A stretch of 31,924 nt of DNA from positions 1 to 31,924 of IMG/VR virus record IMGVR_UViG_3300042527_000337; one strand, written 5' to 3'. A program made the position numbers and the translations under genes. The notes below the pieces were generated by a model that was given only the letters and a program-made list of their open reading frames with translations, did not search any database and had not been told where the DNA came from. Origin of the DNA: a virus (Duplodnaviria; Caudoviricetes). Positions 9,697-15,888 of the stretch are shown here, piece by piece; the first letter of the stretch is position 1; each line of letters starts with the position of its first letter.

Positions 9697-10248
9697 TTAA
9701 CGTGTGTAGGAACGGCTCTTGTAATTCTTGAAGCCCTTCTCGCCGTAGGCGTCATCAAGGGCTTTTTTCATGCCAGTTCCACCACCAGACAGTTTGACGT
9801 TGGGGCTCGTGCGAAGTGCTTTCTTGGAAATGATGGTTCCGTACTTGTAGCCACCAAACATCTTGAAGGACTTGTGGAAGTTTTTTTCGGTCATGTCCTG
9901 ACCCTTGAAGGTGACACGCTTCTGTGCGGGCTTCGACTTCGGGGCCTTCGGATAGCCAGCGTCCCATGCGGCGGCACGACGGCGAGAAGAAGCGATGTTC
10001 GCTTGTTCGGCTTCGTGAAAATGCTTGGTCAGGGCGTTTTTTGTCTGAGCGTCGGCGAGGTCAACCTTCTTGGGAAAAGAGGCGACACCCTGTTTCCTGA
10101 TGACGTCCCTTTGGCTTGCGGCGACATTGTCAGCCCTCCATGCGTCAGACATCGGACTAGGACGTCCAGTCTTAGGACGGGTTTTTTTTGCAAAGGCGGT
10201 CATGAACTTTCGTCCGATGGACCTGCCTGCACGTAACATCATACCCAT
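9697..10248 (-). CDS. Highly basic Lys/Arg-rich protein (about 183 aa)
   Basis: Start reassigned to the ATG at 10248 (MGMMLRAG) behind an A-rich leader CAAACAAAA. Confidence 0.6.
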   Translation of the reverse strand: MGMMLRAGRSIGRKFMTAFAKKTRPKTGRPSPMSDAWRADNVAASQRDVIRKQGVASFPKKVDLADAQTKNALTKHFHEAEQANIASSRRRAAAWDAGYPKAPKSKPAQKRVTFKGQDMTEKNFHKSFKMFGGYKYGTIISKKALRTSPNVKLSGGGTGMKKALDDAYGEKGFKNYKSRSYTR

Positions 10249-10267
10249 TTTTGTTTGGCGGCGGGCG

Positions 10268-10309
10268 TTAGCACCGCTTGCCACCTTTCTTCTTGGTGTT
10301 CTTCTTCAT
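10268..10309 (-). CDS. 13-aa basic micropeptide MKKNTKKKGGKRC
   Basis: ATG overlaps the upstream TGA (ATGA coupling); translated by hand. Confidence 0.4.
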   Translation of the reverse strand: MKKNTKKKGGKRC

Positions 10310-10800
10310 TGTGGTTGAGAATTTCTCTTAAGCAAAGTGTTGAGACGTAGTATGGAAGTGGGCCGATGCTCACAAAACCAGCGGTTGCCACGATACTTAA
10401 CGACTATGGGCATCCTTGGTTTGAACGGCCTTGAGTCGAAAACGTTGCAGAAGACCGACTTTCCGCTCTCTGTCTTGACCAGCATGATGCGGCGATTCGG
10501 GTAATCGCACCGCAATACGTCGGCCATCTCCATGACCTCAGGGTCAGCCTCAGCGGGCTTCATGACCTTGGTGTCGATGCCGTCGCTGTGGACCTCAATC
10601 AGGCCGAAACGCTCGACCACCTTGTCCCAGCCAGATTCGGTGTAGACGATGGGACAGGTCCTGAGCGGCCTCTTGCCGAAAGGCATCCGTTCCCAATGTT
10701 CGCCCTCATTGAGCGATTTGCGGAATTCGACCAATTCGTCCTTGGGAACGCCAAAACGTGAAATCACGTCAGACTCCTTCCATTGGACGAAATCACTCAT
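10306..10800 (-). CDS. Hypothetical protein (164 aa)
   Basis: ATGA-coupled to the rusA-like gene. Confidence 0.7.
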   Translation of the reverse strand: MSDFVQWKESDVISRFGVPKDELVEFRKSLNEGEHWERMPFGKRPLRTCPIVYTESGWDKVVERFGLIEVHSDGIDTKVMKPAEADPEVMEMADVLRCDYPNRRIMLVKTESGKSVFCNVFDSRPFKPRMPIVVKYRGNRWFCEHRPTSILRLNTLLKRNSQPQ

Positions 10801-11282
10801 TTGGACAAATGGTCGATGACCGCCCCCATTAGCACGGAATCAATGTGTTCGGCTCGTTTCACCCAAACTCCAAGAAATGGCTTCTCGGTGCGAAACTTCA
10901 TGACCTTGCCAAAAACGACCTGACAGTCGTCGTGCCAGAATCCGCAGTTGGTCAGCGAGTCGCACACGGCCTTCGCCAAATTGTCGAAGTCGGGTCGGGT
11001 GGCCATATGGACAGTCTTGCCCTTGTCTCTCAAAGTGTTCGGAAACCCAAAATACAGAGTCAACTCCAGCGGTCCGATGTAGGGCTTGTCTGGGGCGTGT
11101 CTCTTGGCCTTCAGTTCAAACTCCTTCATCCAAGCCTTGATGGCCGACTTCGTCGTCTTGCCGACGAACATGCGGTTGTCCGTGGTCTTCAGGATTCGCA
11201 GGTCTGACTGGTGGGTGGTCTTGATGGGGACGATGTCCACGATGAACTTACGTTCAAAATAGTTGGGGACATCCTCGGCCAT
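10797..11282 (-). CDS. rusA: RusA-family Holliday junction resolvase
   Basis: RPDFDNLAKAVCDSL...WHDDCQV catalytic motif (PDxDNxxKxxxD...DD); start taken at MAEDVP. Confidence 0.88.
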   Translation of the reverse strand: MAEDVPNYFERKFIVDIVPIKTTHQSDLRILKTTDNRMFVGKTTKSAIKAWMKEFELKAKRHAPDKPYIGPLELTLYFGFPNTLRDKGKTVHMATRPDFDNLAKAVCDSLTNCGFWHDDCQVVFGKVMKFRTEKPFLGVWVKRAEHIDSVLMGAVIDHLSK

Positions 11283-11321
11283 GGATTGACAGTTGTCACC
11301 AGTATCCACAGGTTGTCAACA
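11283..11321. promoter_or_regulatory. Compact divergent control region with TTGACA on both strands
   Basis: TTGACA at 11286-11291 (+) and at 11314-11319 (-); lies between the divergent ATGs at 11282 and 11322. Confidence 0.55.
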
Positions 11322-11954
11322 ATGGACAACGAGAGACTTGATACCAACCCATCCTCCAACCACTCAGCCAAGCGTGTCTCGAAAGAGCGACGGGCACAGG
11401 TGGAAGAACTGCTGAGGTCTGGCACCCCTATCCTCGAAGCGGCCAAGTTGGCCAAGATGTCGCCGAACAATGTCATGGCCATCAAGCGTGAGATGCCAGA
11501 GACCACAGGACTGCAGGATGAGTTCAAGGCGACGACTGTCCGCAACCTCAAGGCCTTCGTCCAAAGGGCATCCCAGAAACTGGTCGACGAACTGGACAGC
11601 CTGCACGTCAGCCAAATCCCCATCGCCATGGGTATCAGCATCGACAAGATTAACGCCCTGCAGGACCAGCCCCAAGCGGTGGTTGAGCATCGTTTTAGCA
11701 TTAGCCATGATGCCCTAGACAAACTGCTCAAGGCTAGGGGTCAGGGGGTCAAGGTAGACCAGAAGGGGGTTATTGACCTAGATGTCGTGCAGAATAAGCC
11801 AGAATCTACGCAGAACTTCCTAGACTGGGCTAAGGACCCTAAGGATTTTTTGGGCAAAACAGTAGTACCTGACAATCCGTACAGCGAATCTCCGTCCGTC
11901 GACCATCGACCCCCCCCGCCCCCTTCGAATGATGAGGATATGGGTGAGGAATAG
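11322..11954 (+). CDS. Terminase small subunit-like HTH protein (about 210 aa)
   Basis: N-terminal HTH (GTPILEAAKLAKMSPNNV), helical core QIPIAMGISIDKINAL, VVEHR beta segment and disordered tail; start at MDNERL. Confidence 0.6.
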   Translation: MDNERLDTNPSSNHSAKRVSKERRAQVEELLRSGTPILEAAKLAKMSPNNVMAIKREMPETTGLQDEFKATTVRNLKAFVQRASQKLVDELDSLHVSQIPIAMGISIDKINALQDQPQAVVEHRFSISHDALDKLLKARGQGVKVDQKGVIDLDVVQNKPESTQNFLDWAKDPKDFLGKTVVPDNPYSESPSVDHRPPPPPSNDEDMGEE

Positions 11955-12179
11955 ATTTCGCACAACATGAATTATGTCTAGTCGGGGTCTAATCTAGGGC
12001 TATCTGCTCACGATTAGCACACCAAAGCGACTAGATGACGTCGGGGGGATTGACATAGGGGGGCTCTGTTATAGGGTTACCATGCCTCGCACGTCGGGTT
12101 AGATACACATAACTCGATTCACCCTCTAGGATTGGCTAGGAAGGCAGATGATTGGGTCAAGGCTATGACACCATGTGCC

Positions 12180-12644
12180 TCATGTGGTCTGGCCTCTGGT
12201 GACAAATGGTAAGGTCCTACAGGCTATCTTCCACAGGTTGGCAATAGGCACGAGTATGACCTTGGACGAGTGATTGTCGCCACCTAGGGATAGGGCACAG
12301 CCATATGCGGCTGGGTTGGCATGAGCGGCCCTGAGATACTCCCTGAGGTCCTCTGTGGGCAGGATGATGGCCATGACTGGCACATCACCTAGCCTGAATA
12401 TGTGGACCCAAAAATCGGCGGTTGTGACAGCGATGCCTGACTTGTGGCCACGGCTCTCATACTCGAACACGGCATTACCTGTGGTGGCCCAAGTATCACG
12501 CTCGGTCTTGACCTCGACCTTGGCTTGGTCCGTGCCCAGCCATGTGAGCCAGTTCTCACCTGCTTGGCCGTACTGTAAGTCTATGTCGAACTTGGCTCGG
12601 TCAGAGCCAGAGGAGCGGGAGCCCTGTGCTTCGTAGTGATTCAT
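12180..12644 (-). CDS. Putative PD-(D/E)XK-like nuclease, widespread phage family
   Basis: KFDIDLQYGQAGE...VEVKTE...TGN..FE....G.KSGI..T.AD.W pattern; C/A-rich leader before MNHYEA. Confidence 0.6.
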   Translation of the reverse strand: MNHYEAQGSRSSGSDRAKFDIDLQYGQAGENWLTWLGTDQAKVEVKTERDTWATTGNAVFEYESRGHKSGIAVTTADFWVHIFRLGDVPVMAIILPTEDLREYLRAAHANPAAYGCALSLGGDNHSSKVILVPIANLWKIACRTLPFVTRGQTT

Positions 12645-13164
12645 GGTGTGCGTATAGGAGATTCTCATACCTCATGCCAGTGGCCATCTTGCGGCGGGCT
12701 AGGGAATAGGCATAACCAATGGACGTCAGCGGCTTCCATGGTGCCCTGTCAGAGTATGGGCATACTACGGCTGGCTCGTATGGGCTGATGACGTGCTTCA
12801 GTTCGGTCATGTGCCCAATCTTGTTGAGTATGCTTGGGCCTAGTGAGTAGCACGCATACAGCAGGGCTGGGCTTGGTGGTGCCCTGTGATGTACCCTGAA
12901 GCGTGAGACTATCTTCATCAGGAACGTGGTTGCATACTCTCGCGCGATATGTGGGTCATATGCGTCATGGTATGGATGCACAGGCAGGCCATCACGTCGC
13001 CTCATGTCGCTGATGTCCATCCAAGCACTCTGGTGTATCTGGAACGCACCAATGGCTGGGCCATCAGGATGATTCAGGTCGCCCTTGGCCTTGGGGTCAT
13101 CGCCAGACTCAATGAGTGCTAGTGCATGAGCAAGTGCCCGCTGGTCTGTGTATACTGTGTGCAT
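12601..13164 (-). CDS. Lysozyme-fold enzyme (lytic transglycosylase / i-type-like), candidate endolysin; start uncertain (13164, 13206 or 13305)
   Basis: LALIESG (catalytic Glu)...AKGD...AIGAFQIHQSAWMD motif. Confidence 0.7.
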   Translation of the reverse strand: MHTVYTDQRALAHALALIESGDDPKAKGDLNHPDGPAIGAFQIHQSAWMDISDMRRRDGLPVHPYHDAYDPHIAREYATTFLMKIVSRFRVHHRAPPSPALLYACYSLGPSILNKIGHMTELKHVISPYEPAVVCPYSDRAPWKPLTSIGYAYSLARRKMATGMRYENLLYAHHESLRSTGLPLLWL

Positions 13165-13204
13165 GGGCTTGCCCTTGGAGCGATGAGATACGATGTTGTG
13201 GTCC

Positions 13205-13672
13205 ATGGCAAACAAACGCACGTCGGCTAACAGACAGAGAACGACTAAGAAGCAGGCCAACCCGCTTCGTCGCAAGTATGGTGTGAGCGGTGTCGAATCG
13301 TTCATTGAAGCACATAAGAGAATCAACGATGAGCAGGTCAACACTATGTTGATGCTGGAGCCAAGAGAGTGGTGCGACTACGCATGCGTAGGTGTGGCTG
13401 AGGATGTGATGGGCTCACTCAGGTGCGTATATGACCTGAACATACTGGAGCATGCGTATGCGTTGTCATATGCGTACTCGGAATTCGGATACGACAGTAT
13501 CGACAAACTAATTACACACGCCACGCCTGAGCAGTTCGACATGGCACAAGAGTGGGTATCCTATAACACATTACGTGCGGCACCTCACATGGGAGCCAAC
13601 TCACCTCTGTTCATACGCTCTCATGACCCCAAAAAGTGGCAGACGGACGCAGAATGGTGCAAAGATTGGTAA
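13205..13672 (+). CDS. Conserved phage hypothetical protein
   Basis: D.ACVGV...VYD...A.EWVSYNT.RA.P.MG...P.F pattern recalled from aquatic phages. Confidence 0.7.
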   Translation: MANKRTSANRQRTTKKQANPLRRKYGVSGVESFIEAHKRINDEQVNTMLMLEPREWCDYACVGVAEDVMGSLRCVYDLNILEHAYALSYAYSEFGYDSIDKLITHATPEQFDMAQEWVSYNTLRAAPHMGANSPLFIRSHDPKKWQTDAEWCKDW

Positions 13673-13721
13673 CTGGATTTCGTTGTATATCAACGACTTA
13701 CAACTATCTATCTACAGACGC

Positions 13722-13749
13722 TTGACGCACGACTACGAATAGTCATGTT
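13722..13749 (+). promoter_or_regulatory. Candidate sigma70-like early promoter with an inverted repeat in the spacer
   Basis: TTGACG-16 nt-CATGTT; spacer contains GACTA-CGAA-TAGTC; followed by hairpin CATGGTG/CACCATG (13755-13775) and the RNA cassette. Confidence 0.45.
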
Positions 13750-13788
13750 GATGGCATGGTGATTAACGCACCATGTTCTTTAACACAC

Positions 13789-13865
13789 GGGGATGCCTAG
13801 TAGGCAATGCGGCAGTTCAAATGGCCACGACACATGCAGGGGTGCAATCCCCCTTATCTCCACCA
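13789..13865 (+). ncRNA. tRNA-like RNA with alanine acceptor identity (G3-U70, A73, CCA) but non-canonical D and anticodon arms
   Basis: Acceptor GGGGATG/TATCTCC-A-CCA; T arm AGGGG-TGCAATC-CCCCT; 77 nt; the central 42 nt do not fold into standard D and anticodon stems. Confidence 0.6.
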
Positions 13866-13871
13866 CCTTAT

Positions 13872-13947
13872 GGTGTCCATAGTCCAATGGTTAGGATACT
13901 GCCTTGTGATGGCAGGGATACGGGTTCGATTCCCGTTGGTCACCCCA
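13872..13947 (+). tRNA. tRNA-His (GUG)
   Basis: Full cloverleaf: encoded G-1 opposite C73, acceptor GTGTCCA/TGGTCAC (one mismatch), D arm GTCC/GGAT, anticodon arm CTGCC-TTGTGAT-GGCAG, T arm ACGGG-TTCGATT-CCCGT, encoded CCA. Confidence 0.95.
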
Positions 13948-13952
13948 TTTAT

Positions 13953-14030
13953 GGGTCATACTTGCAGATAGGGCAGTTCTCCAATCACAGAGCACTAGAA
14001 CGCTCGCCCTCTGGCATTACAGACCCTCCA
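13953..14030 (+). ncRNA. Putative 78-nt rod-like hairpin RNA ending in TCCA
   Basis: Nested pairings GGGTC/GACCC, TGCAG/CT(G)GCA, AGGGC/GCCCT and GTTCT/AGAAC; 3' overhang TCCA; same size and spacing as the two preceding units. Confidence 0.45.
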
Positions 14031-14052
14031 CTTTCCACCCAAACACACACAC

Positions 14053-14151
14053 ATGAATAAACAACAAATCAGCACCCTCTGGGTCGTCGCCCTCATCATC
14101 GACACGGCTACTCTCGTAGCCCTCTGCGTGACCATCGGCCTCATCTGGTAA
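14053..14151 (+). CDS. 32-aa hydrophobic membrane peptide (MNKQQISTLWVVALIIDTATLVALCVTIGLIW)
   Basis: Translated by hand; preceded by the phage's typical TTTCCACCC-AAACACACACAC leader. Confidence 0.65.
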   Translation: MNKQQISTLWVVALIIDTATLVALCVTIGLIW

Positions 14152-14198
14152 TGCTAGCCCCTTCGGGGGCCCACTTTATAACCAACCACACACACAAC

Positions 14199-14498
14199 AT
14201 GAAATACAGCATCAAATACACACCCATCAACACGGCCAAGGGGATTGACGTCTCCTTCGAGCAAGTTGAAAACCTCTACGTAGGCAATGGCAACCAATGC
14301 CGTTGCGGATGCGGAGGCGAGTACTACGAGCCGTCCGATGAAGAGGGAGCCAAGGTAATCAAGCAGGCTCTGGCCAAGATGGCCAGCGGAGACTACAGCG
14401 TCGAGTCCATTGACGACTACATCTTCGAAATCGTCATCCGCAAGGAACGCACCTTCAGGGGCAAGAACAAGGTCATGACCCTGTACCTCAAGAAATAA
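14199..14498 (+). CDS. Early hypothetical protein with a CRCGCGG motif (99 aa)
   Basis: ATG after a (CA)n leader; LYVG....CRCGCGGEY motif, possibly metal binding. Confidence 0.75.
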   Translation: MKYSIKYTPINTAKGIDVSFEQVENLYVGNGNQCRCGCGGEYYEPSDEEGAKVIKQALAKMASGDYSVESIDDYIFEIVIRKERTFRGKNKVMTLYLKK

Positions 14499-14510
14499 TC
14501 ACCCACACAC

Positions 14511-14717
14511 ATGAAGAATAAGTACAAGTACATCAAGCGTTCGGCCATAAAGGCCCTCGCCAAATCCAAGGGCAAGCGTGTCTCTGAACAGTTCCTGCTC
14601 ATCCTCGACGCCTTCATCAGCAAAAAAATCTGCATCGCCTGTGAGACGCACAACGGGGGCCGCAAGACCCTCAAGGGCGACCTAGCGGTCATGATTGGGT
14701 TAGCCAGCAGGTTCTAA
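14511..14717 (+). CDS. Histone-fold protein (prokaryotic short-alpha2, Bd0055/HMf-like)
   Basis: alpha1 IKRSAIKALAKSKG, loop 1 KRVS, alpha2 EQFLLILDAFISKKICIACETHN, loop 2 GRKTLKGD; matches the HMf-type ERVS and GRKTIK landmarks; (CA)n leader. Confidence 0.72.
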   Translation: MKNKYKYIKRSAIKALAKSKGKRVSEQFLLILDAFISKKICIACETHNGGRKTLKGDLAVMIGLASRF

Positions 14718-14735
14718 TTTCCACCCAGCACACAC

Positions 14736-14990
14736 ATGAAGCACAAGAAAACCATGGCCTTACGGCCAATCAAACAGCGTACGTTCAAAGGCGAATGCGT
14801 CCTCACCATCGCATCCACGCCTGCGAACACGCCTGAGTTCAACAACCGCATCTCGTTCCTTCGGGGACGGATGGAGCGGGTCAAGGACGCCTACGCCCAG
14901 CGTGGCTTCCACTGGTTCAAGACCGCTTGGGCCACGGACCTCATCGAACGTGAACTCGGCAAGGTCGAGAAAGAACTCGGCCTCAAATAA
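14736..14990 (+). CDS. Early hypothetical protein (84 aa)
   Basis: ORF with a TTTCCACCCAGCACACAC leader. Confidence 0.7.
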   Translation: MKHKKTMALRPIKQRTFKGECVLTIASTPANTPEFNNRISFLRGRMERVKDAYAQRGFHWFKTAWATDLIERELGKVEKELGLK

Positions 14991-15033
14991 GTTGACGACT
15001 GCCCCGAAAGGGGCACAACCTTTCACCGCACAC

Positions 15034-15888
15034 ATGATTAAAACACACTACGACCCTGCTACGCTCTCTGAATTCAAGTTCGAGTTCGTGGCCTCAGAAA
15101 TCATCCACGGCCTCGAAGAGGCCAAGTACCGCATGGCGGATGGACTCAACCAGTCCACCCTCAAGAAGGCACTGGCCGTCTCTCCGTTCCACGCAGACTA
15201 CCTGCTGAAGAACCCAGAGCAGACTCCTGCCATGGCCTTCGGCTCTGCCCTGCACACGCTCGTGCTTGAGCCCTCCAAGTTCGACAAGGAGTACGCCGTC
15301 GCACCAGAGTGCGATAGGCGGACCACTGAGGGTAAGCACATCTGGAACCTGTTCACCAGCGAGATTGGCGAACGCAAGGCCATCAAGGCCTCGGACTACG
15401 AGGACATGCTCGGCATGAAGGCCAGCGTGGGCAACCTGTTCGAGAGCCAGCACGGCAAGCGATACGTCGAGTCCGCATTCTTCTCCGAGATTCTCGTCAC
15501 TGAAGGCGAGTTCAAGGGCAAGCGTGTCAGGCTCAAAGGCAAACTCGACTGCTACCACGAGCGTGAGGATTCCGTGACCATCAAGGACCTCAAGACTGTG
15601 GCCGACATCAGCAACATCAACGGGGCCTCGTACCACTCCAACTGGGCTATCCAGTCTGGCCTGTACAAGGACGCCCTAGAGTTCGCCCTGCGTAAGCCTG
15701 CGGCCTTTGTCTACGTCTGCGTGGGCAAGGACAAGCCCTTCGACTGCAGGGTGGCCAAGTGCACCCAAGAGATGCTCGCCAAGGGCAACCTTGAGTACGG
15801 CAAGGCCATCCACATGTGGCTGAACTGGGAAGCCATGGGCAAGCCCAACACCGCCAAGTTCCTCGGCATCCAAGACCTCAATGGCTAA
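15034..15888 (+). CDS. RecE / exonuclease VIII-like PD-(D/E)XK exonuclease (DUF3799-like)
   Basis: GLNQSTLK...SP.H...TPAMAFGSALHTLVLEP...D.RT..GK; catalytic LKGKLD...IKDLKT...Q..LY; start at MIKTHY after a CA leader. Confidence 0.85.
   Translation: MIKTHYDPATLSEFKFEFVASEIIHGLEEAKYRMADGLNQSTLKKALAVSPFHADYLLKNPEQTPAMAFGSALHTLVLEPSKFDKEYAVAPECDRRTTEGKHIWNLFTSEIGERKAIKASDYEDMLGMKASVGNLFESQHGKRYVESAFFSEILVTEGEFKGKRVRLKGKLDCYHEREDSVTIKDLKTVADISNINGASYHSNWAIQSGLYKDALEFALRKPAAFVYVCVGKDKPFDCRVAKCTQEMLAKGNLEYGKAIHMWLNWEAMGKPNTAKFLGIQDLNG

Noticed and set aside
12050-12102. TTGACA promoter driving a plus-strand ORF at 12082
   Set aside because: The ORF is only 6 codons long and the -10 match is weak; kept only as part of the candidate packaging region
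13789-13865. Genome-wide UGA recoding suggested by the TCA-containing loop
   Set aside because: TGA is used as a normal stop in many ATGA-coupled gene pairs, Trp is TGG, and long genes are intact in the standard code
13838-13865. attP site copying a tmRNA/tRNA 3' end
   Set aside because: No integrase in the window, and the matching 5' acceptor strand is also present, which fits an RNA unit better than an att fragment
13773-14060. 95-aa ORF across the RNA cassette
   Set aside because: It overlaps a canonical tRNA-His and structured RNA units and has no protein-like features
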